Shown here: piece by piece, positions 36,483-45,083 of the stretch | Layout: every line of letters starts with the position of its first letter | How positions within the stretch are numbered: position 1 is the first letter of the stretch | Assembly (NCBI RefSeq): GCF_046105845.1 | Contig: NZ_CP151004.1 | DNA: 64,000 nucleotides | DNA from: Escherichia coli | GTDB lineage: Bacteria > Pseudomonadota > Gammaproteobacteria > Enterobacterales > Enterobacteriaceae | Direction: 5' to 3' (one strand) | Translations under genes and position numbers: made by a program | The notes under the pieces: model-generated | Database searches by the model: none | What the model saw: the letters and a program-made list of their open reading frames with translations, nothing else | What the model was told of the DNA's origin: nothing

Positions 36483-37949
36483 ATGCTACGTATCGCTAAA
36501 GAAGCTCTGACGTTTGACGACGTTCTCCTCGTTCCTGCTCATTCTACCGTTCTGCCGAATACTGCTGACCTCAGCACCCAGCTGACGAAAACTATTCGTC
36601 TGAATATCCCTATGCTTTCCGCAGCAATGGATACCGTAACGGAAGCGCGCCTGGCTATTGCTCTGGCTCAGGAAGGCGGTATCGGCTTTATCCACAAAAA
36701 TATGTCCATTGAACGCCAGGCGGAAGAAGTTCGCCGTGTGAAAAAACACGAATCTGGCGTGGTGACTGACCCGCAGACTGTTCTGCCAACCACGACGCTG
36801 CGCGAAGTGAAAGAACTGACCGAGCGTAACGGCTTTGCGGGCTACCCGGTCGTTACCGAAGAAAACGAACTGGTGGGTATTATCACCGGTCGTGACGTAC
36901 GTTTTGTTACCGACCTGAGCCAGCCGGTTAGCGTTTACATGACGCCGAAAGAACGTCTGGTCACCGTGCGTGAAGGTGAAGCCCGTGAAGTTGTGCTGGC
37001 AAAAATGCACGAAAAACGCGTTGAAAAAGCGCTGGTGGTTGATGACGAATTCCACCTGATCGGTATGATCACCGTGAAAGACTTCCAGAAAGCGGAACGT
37101 AAACCGAACGCCTGTAAAGACGAGCAAGGCCGTCTGCGTGTTGGTGCAGCGGTTGGTGCTGGCGCTGGTAACGAAGAGCGTGTCGACGCGCTTGTTGCTG
37201 CAGGCGTTGACGTTCTGCTGATCGACTCCTCTCACGGTCACTCTGAAGGCGTTCTGCAGCGTATCCGTGAAACTCGTGCTAAATATCCGGATCTGCAAAT
37301 CATCGGCGGCAACGTGGCAACAGCTGCGGGGGCACGCGCTCTGGCAGAAGCTGGTTGCAGCGCGGTTAAAGTCGGTATCGGCCCTGGCTCTATCTGTACG
37401 ACTCGTATCGTGACTGGCGTAGGTGTTCCGCAGATCACCGCCGTTGCTGATGCAGTAGAAGCCCTGGAAGGCACCGGTATTCCGGTTATCGCTGACGGTG
37501 GTATCCGTTTCTCAGGCGATATCGCCAAAGCTATCGCCGCAGGCGCAAGCGCGGTGATGGTGGGTTCCATGCTGGCAGGTACTGAAGAATCTCCGGGTGA
37601 AATCGAACTCTACCAGGGCCGTTCTTACAAATCTTACCGTGGGATGGGCTCTCTGGGTGCGATGTCCAAAGGTTCTTCTGACCGTTACTTCCAGAGCGAC
37701 AACGCTGCCGACAAACTGGTTCCGGAAGGTATCGAAGGTCGCGTGGCCTATAAAGGTCGCCTGAAAGAGATCATTCACCAGCAGATGGGCGGCCTGCGCT
37801 CCTGTATGGGCCTGACCGGCTGTGGTACTATCGACGAACTGCGTACTAAAGCGGAGTTTGTACGTATCAGCGGTGCGGGCATTCAGGAAAGCCACGTTCA
37901 CGACGTGACCATTACTAAAGAGTCCCCGAACTACCGTCTGGGCTCCTGA
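36483..37949 (+). CDS. guaB: IMP dehydrogenase
   Basis: Start at [13 protein letters not shown] (488 aa); catalytic [11 protein letters not shown] loop; tandem CBS domains. Confidence 0.96.
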   Translation: MLRIAKEALTFDDVLLVPAHSTVLPNTADLSTQLTKTIRLNIPMLSAAMDTVTEARLAIALAQEGGIGFIHKNMSIERQAEEVRRVKKHESGVVTDPQTVLPTTTLREVKELTERNGFAGYPVVTEENELVGIITGRDVRFVTDLSQPVSVYMTPKERLVTVREGEAREVVLAKMHEKRVEKALVVDDEFHLIGMITVKDFQKAERKPNACKDEQGRLRVGAAVGAGAGNEERVDALVAAGVDVLLIDSSHGHSEGVLQRIRETRAKYPDLQIIGGNVATAAGARALAEAGCSAVKVGIGPGSICTTRIVTGVGVPQITAVADAVEALEGTGIPVIADGGIRFSGDIAKAIAAGASAVMVGSMLAGTEESPGEIELYQGRSYKSYRGMGSLGAMSKGSSDRYFQSDNAADKLVPEGIEGRVAYKGRLKEIIHQQMGGLRSCMGLTGCGTIDELRTKAEFVRISGAGIQESHVHDVTITKESPNYRLGS

Positions 37950-38017
37950 TTCTCTTCGCCCGACTTCATGTCGGGCGATTTATATTATCTGTTTCACTTG
38001 CCTCGGAATAAGCGTCA

Positions 38018-39595
38018 ATGACGGAAAACATTCATAAGCATCGCATCCTCATTCTGGACTTCGGTTCTCAGTACACTCAACTGGTTGCGCGCCGCGTGCG
38101 TGAACTGGGTGTTTACTGCGAACTGTGGGCGTGGGATGTGACAGAAGCACAAATTCGTGACTTCAACCCAAGCGGCATTATTCTTTCCGGCGGCCCGGAA
38201 AGCACCACCGAAGAAAACAGCCCGCGTGCGCCGCAGTATGTTTTTGAAGCAGGCGTACCGGTATTCGGCGTTTGCTATGGCATGCAGACCATGGCAATGC
38301 AGTTGGGCGGTCACGTTGAAGCCTCTAACGAACGTGAATTTGGCTACGCGCAGGTTGAAGTCGTAAACGACAGCGCACTGGTTCGCGGTATTGAAGATGC
38401 TCTGACCGCAGACGGTAAACCTCTGCTCGATGTCTGGATGAGCCACGGCGATAAAGTTACCGCTATCCCGTCCGACTTCGTCACCGTAGCCAGCACCGAA
38501 AGCTGCCCGTTTGCCATTATGGCTAACGAAGAAAAACGCTTCTATGGCGTACAGTTCCACCCGGAAGTGACTCACACCCGTCAGGGTATGCGCATGCTGG
38601 AGCGTTTTGTGCGTGATATCTGCCAGTGTGAAGCCCTGTGGACGCCAGCGAAAATTATCGACGATGCTGTAGCTCGCATCCGCGAGCAGGTAGGCGACGA
38701 TAAAGTCATCCTCGGCCTCTCTGGTGGTGTGGATTCCTCCGTAACCGCAATGCTGCTGCACCGCGCTATCGGTAAAAACCTGACTTGCGTATTCGTCGAC
38801 AACGGCCTGCTGCGTCTCAACGAAGCAGAGCAGGTTCTGGATATGTTTGGCGATCACTTTGGTCTGAACATTGTTCACGTTCCGGCAGAAGATCGCTTCC
38901 TGTCAGCGTTGGCCGGCGAAAACGATCCGGAAGCAAAACGTAAAATCATCGGGCGCGTTTTCGTTGAAGTATTCGATGAAGAAGCACTGAAACTGGAAGA
39001 CGTGAAGTGGCTGGCGCAGGGCACTATCTACCCTGACGTTATTGAATCTGCCGCATCTGCAACCGGTAAAGCACACGTCATCAAATCTCACCACAACGTG
39101 GGCGGCCTGCCGAAAGAGATGAAGATGGGCCTGGTTGAACCGCTGAAAGAGCTGTTCAAAGACGAAGTGCGTAAGATTGGTCTGGAGCTGGGCCTGCCGT
39201 ACGACATGCTGTACCGTCACCCGTTCCCGGGACCAGGCCTCGGCGTTCGTGTACTGGGCGAAGTGAAGAAAGAGTACTGCGACCTGCTGCGCCGTGCTGA
39301 CGCCATCTTCATTGAAGAACTGCGTAAAGCGGACCTGTACGACAAAGTCAGCCAGGCGTTCACCGTCTTCCTGCCGGTACGTTCCGTTGGTGTAATGGGC
39401 GATGGTCGTAAGTATGACTGGGTTGTTTCTCTGCGTGCTGTCGAAACCATCGACTTTATGACCGCACACTGGGCGCATCTGCCGTACGATTTCCTCGGTC
39501 GCGTTTCCAACCGCATTATCAATGAAGTGAACGGTATTTCCCGCGTGGTGTATGACATCAGCGGCAAGCCGCCAGCTACCATTGAGTGGGAGTGA
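38018..39595 (+). CDS. guaA: GMP synthase (glutamine-hydrolysing)
   Basis: 525 aa; GATase motifs GVCYGMQ, ATP-PPase SGGVDSS; ends ...IEWE. Confidence 0.96.
   Translation: MTENIHKHRILILDFGSQYTQLVARRVRELGVYCELWAWDVTEAQIRDFNPSGIILSGGPESTTEENSPRAPQYVFEAGVPVFGVCYGMQTMAMQLGGHVEASNEREFGYAQVEVVNDSALVRGIEDALTADGKPLLDVWMSHGDKVTAIPSDFVTVASTESCPFAIMANEEKRFYGVQFHPEVTHTRQGMRMLERFVRDICQCEALWTPAKIIDDAVARIREQVGDDKVILGLSGGVDSSVTAMLLHRAIGKNLTCVFVDNGLLRLNEAEQVLDMFGDHFGLNIVHVPAEDRFLSALAGENDPEAKRKIIGRVFVEVFDEEALKLEDVKWLAQGTIYPDVIESAASATGKAHVIKSHHNVGGLPKEMKMGLVEPLKELFKDEVRKIGLELGLPYDMLYRHPFPGPGLGVRVLGEVKKEYCDLLRRADAIFIEELRKADLYDKVSQAFTVFLPVRSVGVMGDGRKYDWVVSLRAVETIDFMTAHWAHLPYDFLGRVSNRIINEVNGISRVVYDISGKPPATIEWE
39581..39595 (+). 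repeat. left copy of islet-flanking direct repeat (functional guaA 3' end)
   Basis: ATTGAGTGGGAGTGA, 13/15 identical to right copy; encodes IEWE-stop. Confidence 0.75.
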
Positions 39596-39634
39596 GGCTA
39601 TTATTTAAACTATTGTTTTATTTGATTTAGTGAG

Positions 39635-39675
39635 TGCCATTGATGATATTGACTGCATTATCAATGGCATTTTTC
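39635..39675 (+). terminator. islet-borne intrinsic terminator now serving guaA
   Basis: 10-bp stem TGCCATTGAT / ATCAATGGCA with 15-nt loop, followed by TTTTT. Confidence 0.55.
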
Positions 39676-39913
39676 ATGGTATAAGGCCGACGCTGAATCG
39701 AAGATATAGCAAATACCATGTGACCCTATCAGCAAATGCCATGGTATCGACAACCGGGGGCATTGCAGCGCTGTGCTGATGCCATCGATGCCCGCTTTTG
39801 GTCAGAACCGCTCTCTCGACCCAAGCCTCCAGATCGTTAAATATGCGCCAGAGGAGCACCTCGTGATCGAAATTGTGAACAAGACAGCCGCCGCTCGGAA
39901 TCGAAGTATCCAT
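39674..39913 (-). CDS. hypothetical 79-aa ORF inside islet (possible gene remnant)
   Basis: ORF only; no recognisable motifs; Trp-rich; no clear SD. Confidence 0.15.
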   Translation of the reverse strand: MDTSIPSGGCLVHNFDHEVLLWRIFNDLEAWVERAVLTKSGHRWHQHSAAMPPVVDTMAFADRVTWYLLYLRFSVGLIP

Positions 39914-39980
39914 ATGGGTGAATAAAGTTTGCGGAAAACACGCTGAGAAAATAGAAAAGCGTCAATGAAGGGACATAGCA

Positions 39981-41261
39981 ATGGCGATTAACGGAGAGGA
40001 CGGTGTTAGTGCAGTCACCGTGGATGAACTACTCAAGCAAGGCCTTCGGATACCGAACTATCAACGCCCATACAGTTGGGAAGTATCGACCGCTCTACAA
40101 CTGGTGGATGATCTTAGCGAAGCTCTTCGAGATACCGAAAGAAAAGATATTCCCTATGTTTTGGGTGCAATCATTCTTCACGATGATGGTGAGTATCTCA
40201 ATGTAGTCGACGGACAGCAACGTCTGCTGACTTTGCGAATGATTCTTGCGGCCTTAGATCCGATAAATCATCAGATTTCGGTGTCTGGTAACAGCGAAAC
40301 TCCTGTCTCCCTGGTTTGGATAGAGCTTCAAAGGCGCCTGTCGCAGTTGGAAGATAAAAAAGAATTTTTGGATTTTATCTGTCACAAATGTCAGTTGGTG
40401 CGTATTGTGACGGACGATATTGATGAGGCATTTCGTGTCTTTGATTCCCAGAACTATCGCGGCAAACCGCTTGCCCCTCATGACTTGCTCAAAGCACACC
40501 ACCTCCGCGAAATGCACGATGAGTCCGCTGCTATGAAAGTGGCTGTCGTTGAGGCTTGGGAAGCCGTAAATGATGAGGATCTGGACAGGCTTTTTTCTAC
40601 TTTTTTATACCGGATATCCAAGTGGTCACGAGGCGAAAGCTCGCTCGAATTTGCTATTCGGGACATCGGGATGTTTAAGGGAATTTCATCACGATCCCAC
40701 AGATCATTTTCGCCAAATCTGCGATATCACCTTGCAGCACAAGCCGCTATGCCACTTCTAAGTGCATGGGCGGTGTCCTCTACACATGATGCACGAAATG
40801 CCGGGCGCAGCCGCTTTCAGCTTGATGCCCCGATAATCGCTGGGCGCTCATTTTTCGAGATGGTGACATTCATGCTTGACGAATTGAAGATACTGGAAAA
40901 AGAGGTTATCGACAGAGGTTTCAAAAACTTTGGCCCATCTCAAAGTCGCTACCGCTACGTGTACGAATTGTTCATTGCCGCGCTGCTTTGCTATACAAAC
41001 AAGTTTGGCGATGAAGATGTGGATGAAGTGCGAAATAGATTATTCGCATGGGCATATGCCTTGCGGGTCGAGTTACTTCGTGTGCAATTTGTATCTGCTG
41101 ACAACCGAGCTCGAGGTAAAAACGATGCAAATAAATCGCCTTTTGTTTTGCTACGCAACGCGATGACTGGAAGTGTTGTCCGCAAACTTCCAATAGCAAG
41201 TCAGCCATACAACGATAACCACGAAAAGGAACTCGTTGCTTTTATCAAGGGGCTGCAATGA
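39981..41261 (+). CDS. DUF262 (ParB/Srx-like NTP-binding nuclease-family N-terminal domain) protein, no DUF1524
   Basis: Motifs IPNYQRPYSW (40050-40079), DGQQRL (40209-40226), FRVFDSQNYRGKPLAPHDLLKAH; SD AAGGGA upstream; 426 aa. Confidence 0.85.
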   Translation: MAINGEDGVSAVTVDELLKQGLRIPNYQRPYSWEVSTALQLVDDLSEALRDTERKDIPYVLGAIILHDDGEYLNVVDGQQRLLTLRMILAALDPINHQISVSGNSETPVSLVWIELQRRLSQLEDKKEFLDFICHKCQLVRIVTDDIDEAFRVFDSQNYRGKPLAPHDLLKAHHLREMHDESAAMKVAVVEAWEAVNDEDLDRLFSTFLYRISKWSRGESSLEFAIRDIGMFKGISSRSHRSFSPNLRYHLAAQAAMPLLSAWAVSSTHDARNAGRSRFQLDAPIIAGRSFFEMVTFMLDELKILEKEVIDRGFKNFGPSQSRYRYVYELFIAALLCYTNKFGDEDVDEVRNRLFAWAYALRVELLRVQFVSADNRARGKNDANKSPFVLLRNAMTGSVVRKLPIASQPYNDNHEKELVAFIKGLQ

Positions 41262-43210
41262 GCAAGAAGGAGTTGAGACCCGAACTGATAACAGTAGGCA
41301 AGCTATTCACGGGCTATTATCTGATTCCTATTTATCAACGGAACTATGCTTGGCGGGCCGAACAGATTGAGCAACTTATCAGCGATATTCAAGGCTCGGT
41401 GGTTGGGGGCCAGGACGACTATTTTCTTGGGAACCTTGTTGTAATCAAGCGGGGTAGAGAGGACGAGTTCGAGGTCATAGATGGACAACAACGACTTACA
41501 ACCCTCTATCTGCTTCTGACCTTCCTGGAGCAAGACGGTGAGGGTGGGAAGCTGTCGATTGGCCATGCAGGCCACTTGCAATATGAGTCGCGCGCACGGG
41601 CAACGGAAGCCCTGCGGCGAGTAGCACAGGAGGCGGCTAAGGGGCACGTCCGACCGCAGGGCTCCACGAGTAATGCAGATGCTGGCATCCATGAAGGCTA
41701 CAGCATCATCAATCAGTTCTTCAAACAAAATGAAACCCTTAATCGCTCACGCGAAAAATTCTCCGATTTCTTGCTAAAGAAGGTTACTGTCGTCCGTGCC
41801 TCGCTGCCACCCAATACCGACCTCAATCGCTACTTCGAGATCATGAACACTCGTGGGCAGCAACTCAAGCAGGTTGATATTGTTAAGGCTCGCCTGATGA
41901 GCAAGCTGCCCAATCAATATGAACGCGAATGCTTCGCGTGGGTTTGGGATGCCTGTGCTGACATGGATTCTTATGTCCAGATGTCTCTGACCCGTGGTGA
42001 CACCAGTTTACGAAACAAAGTATTTGGCGATGAATGGTCCTGGCTGGAGGTGACCAGCTTCGCGTCGCTAATGGAAAGTCGTCCGCAATCCGACATCAGT
42101 TCATTAAGGCAATCCTCCGAAGGGGTATCGTTGTCCTTGGATGAGGCGTTGTCAAAATACGCTAAAGAGATCGAGTCAAATTCCACTGAAGACGAGGGCA
42201 ACGAGCGGTTTCGTTCGACTATTGAGTTTCCGGCCTTTCTGCTACACGTTCTAAGAATTATGAAAGGCGATGAGGTCGAAGACGAAGGCCAGCTTGACGA
42301 CAAGCGCCTCATCAAGTCATTTGACGACGCCGTAAATAATGTACCCGATGCTAAAGCCGATTGGGTGCGTAGCTTTGCATTTATGCTTCTTAAGTGCCGT
42401 AACCTCTTCGATGGCTTCATCTTGAAGCGTCAATTCACGGCGAACATCGGTGACGATGGCGATTGGTCTCTCCAGCGATTGAAGAAAGGCGGTGCGGACA
42501 AGAAGCCAGCCCCGACGTACATCCATGTTTTCTCGGCCAGCAATGGAAACTTGGAGGAGGACAGCGGTGCTGACCCACATACCCGAGATGTATTGTTGCT
42601 TCAGTCCATGCTTCGGATTACCTACACTTCTCCGCGAACGATGCACTGGATTACCAAAGTTCTTCGCTGGCTATCCGTTAAAGCCCCTCAAGACGCGAAA
42701 CATGCGGATCTTGCCGATTTGTTGAAGGGGTATGCCCGCAGCAAGGTTAAAGAGACATTCCCCTTTGAGGAAGATCAGCAACCACAAGGGTTTGGTATCA
42801 GCCGTATCGTCTTTTCATACCTCGACTATCTTCTGTTGAGTGATTCCTCAAAACGAGATTTCAAATTTCAGTTCAGAACTTCCATTGAGCACTTTTATCC
42901 ACAGCATCCGGACAAAGAACAGTCGGGCGCGGCTGTTTCAGGTTCTAGCCTTAACCTGCTTGGCAACCTCGCGCTCGTAAGCGTCAGCGCGAACTCAAAA
43001 TTCAGCAATAGCCTTCCCAGAGCGAAGGCCGAAAACTTCAAGGATACGATTGAACTTCAAAGTCCCAAGCTCAAGAGAATGGCGGAAATCGCTCGAAATA
43101 CAAGCTGGGACGATCAGCAGATAACAGCACATCATGAAGAGATGGTGACATTGCTTCGTGATGATGTAAGTCTGGTGGAGGCAAGCGGAAGATCCTACCC
43201 GGGGCGTTGA
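41258..43210 (+). CDS. GmrSD-like fusion protein: N-terminal DUF262 + C-terminal DUF1524 (His-Me finger/HNH-like endonuclease)
   Basis: N-term IPIYQRNYAW, DGQQRL (41480-), FEIMNTRGQQL...DIVKARL; C-term SIEHFYPQH (EH at 42887-42892) and LLGNLALVSVSAN; 650 aa; ATGA start/stop overlap with upstream gene. Confidence 0.85.
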   Translation: MSKKELRPELITVGKLFTGYYLIPIYQRNYAWRAEQIEQLISDIQGSVVGGQDDYFLGNLVVIKRGREDEFEVIDGQQRLTTLYLLLTFLEQDGEGGKLSIGHAGHLQYESRARATEALRRVAQEAAKGHVRPQGSTSNADAGIHEGYSIINQFFKQNETLNRSREKFSDFLLKKVTVVRASLPPNTDLNRYFEIMNTRGQQLKQVDIVKARLMSKLPNQYERECFAWVWDACADMDSYVQMSLTRGDTSLRNKVFGDEWSWLEVTSFASLMESRPQSDISSLRQSSEGVSLSLDEALSKYAKEIESNSTEDEGNERFRSTIEFPAFLLHVLRIMKGDEVEDEGQLDDKRLIKSFDDAVNNVPDAKADWVRSFAFMLLKCRNLFDGFILKRQFTANIGDDGDWSLQRLKKGGADKKPAPTYIHVFSASNGNLEEDSGADPHTRDVLLLQSMLRITYTSPRTMHWITKVLRWLSVKAPQDAKHADLADLLKGYARSKVKETFPFEEDQQPQGFGISRIVFSYLDYLLLSDSSKRDFKFQFRTSIEHFYPQHPDKEQSGAAVSGSSLNLLGNLALVSVSANSKFSNSLPRAKAENFKDTIELQSPKLKRMAEIARNTSWDDQQITAHHEEMVTLLRDDVSLVEASGRSYPGR

Positions 43211-43400
43211 CTTCTTTGAATAACCGCTTTTGGACGAAAGTCCCTTGTGGAGTGCAAGTTGTCAGTCTAAAAGCGTTTTGCGTCAGGCGACACGATCAGT
43301 ACAGCTCCCAGGTTTTCTTACCATGGTATTTTGTGTGGTATCGACATGCAAATATAATGCTATTCTATTGATTTTACAGTGTTTTAAGGCGGCATTAATC

Positions 43401-43415
43401 ATCGAGTGGGAATGA
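43401..43415 (+). repeat. right copy of islet-flanking direct repeat (displaced ancestral guaA 3' end)
   Basis: ATCGAGTGGGAATGA; would encode IEWE-stop; immediately followed by the A-tract/hairpin/T-tract terminator. Confidence 0.75.
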
Positions 43416-43436
43416 TTTGACCCTGCACTATGAATG

Positions 43437-43470
43437 AACAAAACCCTCTGTTACTACAGAGGGTTTTTTA
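43437..43470. terminator. bidirectional intrinsic terminator (ancestral guaA / yfgI)
   Basis: AACAAAA-CCCTCTG-ttacta-CAGAGGG-TTTTTT; A-run upstream and T-run downstream. Confidence 0.8.
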
Positions 43471-43507
43471 TCTTCAAGAATTATAGGCTTGAAGTTACTT
43501 ACATCGA

Positions 43508-44047
43508 TTAATTAAACCAGCTGTCCGATTTGTTCTCTTCTGCTTTGCCCACGCTTTTCATCAGATCGCGACCGCCTTCAGTCATATTTCTGTTTGCGTC
43601 AGCTTCAGATTGCACCACATCGGTTTGCGCAGCTTTGTGCTTCAGTTCCTGATCGATAAATTCGTTTTCTCGCTTAACGCGGGCTTCTTCTTTCGCCAGC
43701 GCCAGTTTTTGTTTCTGAATCTCTAAGCTGCGTAGCTCATCTTCATAACTTTGATCGCGTTTTTTGTCCGCAGTGGCTTCGGCATCCAGTTTATCCTGAC
43801 GAGCTTTCTTATTTGCCGCTGCCGTTGCCGCTCTTTTGTTAGCGGCGGCCTGGGCGTTTGCGCGACGTTGCTTCTCTTGCTGGATTTCCCTGTTGCGCTC
43901 CGCGACCCATTCGTCATGCTGCCTTTGCTCTTCATTTTTACCTTGCTGTTCCGCTTCTGCGACAGCAGAGAGTTGATCCTGCAATGATGAGGCGATAGCC
44001 GGATAGCTTAAGGAGGCTAAGATGGCGCAAAGAAAAACTTTCTTCAT
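43508..44047 (-). CDS. yfgI: DUF4223-type periplasmic coiled-coil protein YfgI
   Basis: 179 aa; signal peptide; Lys/Glu/Gln-rich; synteny. Confidence 0.85.
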   Translation of the reverse strand: MKKVFLCAILASLSYPAIASSLQDQLSAVAEAEQQGKNEEQRQHDEWVAERNREIQQEKQRRANAQAAANKRAATAAANKKARQDKLDAEATADKKRDQSYEDELRSLEIQKQKLALAKEEARVKRENEFIDQELKHKAAQTDVVQSEADANRNMTEGGRDLMKSVGKAEENKSDSWFN

Positions 44048-44062
44048 GACTCCTCCTGATTA

Positions 44063-44581
44063 TTAGCTCTTTTCAGGACATTTGGTATTTGGCTGAATAC
44101 GCGTTTCGTTATACGTCGTGGTAATAACAACGGCTAAACCTGTCGTAAACTGGCACTCTTTACCCACCTGGGTGGAGGTATACACTTTGGTGCCTTCCTT
44201 ATACGTTAGAGAAACACCTTCTACTAAGGTTTTATCATTCACCATAGAACCCGCTGCCGCGCCAACAGCTCCGCCGCCAACTGCACCTGCAGTCGTTCCG
44301 GAATTGCTGCCAGACCCCACGTTGTGGCCGATTACACCGCCAGCGACTGCACCAATAAGCGCGCCGAAGGCTTGTGCGTTTCGTTTATTTTGGGAGTTGT
44401 CTACGACAACTTTTGCGGGAAGAATGGAAATAATATTAACGGTTTTAGTTTCTTGTTTGGTATTCAGTTGATCGGTTTGATAAACATCGGCGGCATGATC
44501 ATCAGCATTTGACTGGCATCCTGCCAGAGTGAATGACGCTAACATTGCCAAAGGCAGAAGACATTTTTTAAATTTCATCAC
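44063..44581 (-). CDS. yfgH: outer membrane lipoprotein (glycine-zipper) YfgH
   Basis: 172 aa; lipobox LAGC; Gly-rich GxxxG repeats. Confidence 0.85.
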   Translation of the reverse strand: MMKFKKCLLPLAMLASFTLAGCQSNADDHAADVYQTDQLNTKQETKTVNIISILPAKVVVDNSQNKRNAQAFGALIGAVAGGVIGHNVGSGSNSGTTAGAVGGGAVGAAAGSMVNDKTLVEGVSLTYKEGTKVYTSTQVGKECQFTTGLAVVITTTYNETRIQPNTKCPEKS

Positions 44582-44891
44582 TATTCCTTGTTATACACAT
44601 TACGAAAAATAAGATATTTAAGATCATCAAAAGAGGAAAGTAAATGTATTGCGTATAAAGGAATAGATTAAATTTATTAAAATTCATGTGGAAAATAATT
44701 TATAAAAATACATCATTAAAACATATGTATTAATTTTATATTTATTTCGCAGCCAAACAGGATAAACATCAGTCAGGACAAAGACGTAAAATTTAAGATG
44801 AAAGAATATCTGCCGCTTTGATAATCCCAAAGAGCAAAAGCATCCGACAGCGAGGTGCCGTTATGTTCTGTGAAAGTGGAGAAGGTAACCG

Positions 44892-45083
44892 CTAACGTTG
44901 TACCGGTGATTCGACGGAGAGTGTGGATTGCTGAGCTTCTTTTTTGCTCTGATGGTGCTGCCATGCACCGACGGACGAGTAGATAAAACGGCCAAAGAAG
45001 AAGATAAAGCTGATGAGCAGTACGATACGGGTCATGCGACTGTTAAATCGGTGTCGTTTTCGCATACTGGTTGCCTGACTCAC
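44892..45083 (-). CDS. yfgG: small membrane protein YfgG
   Basis: 63 aa; basic N-terminus then one TM; synteny. Confidence 0.75.
   Translation of the reverse strand: MSQATSMRKRHRFNSRMTRIVLLISFIFFFGRFIYSSVGAWQHHQSKKEAQQSTLSVESPVQR

Larger units (their letters stand above)
39596..43415. other. accessory genomic islet inserted at the 3' end of guaA (candidate defense islet)
   Basis: Bounded by a 15-bp imperfect direct repeat of the guaA 3' end (39581-39595 and 43401-43415); the expected guaA/yfgI bidirectional terminator lies at 43437-43470; interior encodes two non-housekeeping DUF262-family genes. Confidence 0.75.

Noticed and set aside
40254-42646. Several 60-150 aa minus-strand ORFs inside the two islet genes (e.g. 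41303-41728, 41971-42420)
   Set aside because: Antisense to long ORFs that have clear domain motifs; no start-site signals; typical shadow ORFs.
43230-43415. 61-aa plus-strand ORF ending in IEWE at the islet right end
   Set aside because: Only the last 4-5 codons resemble GuaA; it is an artefact of the duplicated guaA 3' end and not a gene.
39596-43415. Looked for integrase, transposase, tRNA target or compositional (GC) anomaly in the islet
   Set aside because: None found: no recombinase-like ORF, no tRNA, and base composition looks roughly host-like by eye. The islet is therefore called on synteny and the duplicated junction, not on mobility genes.
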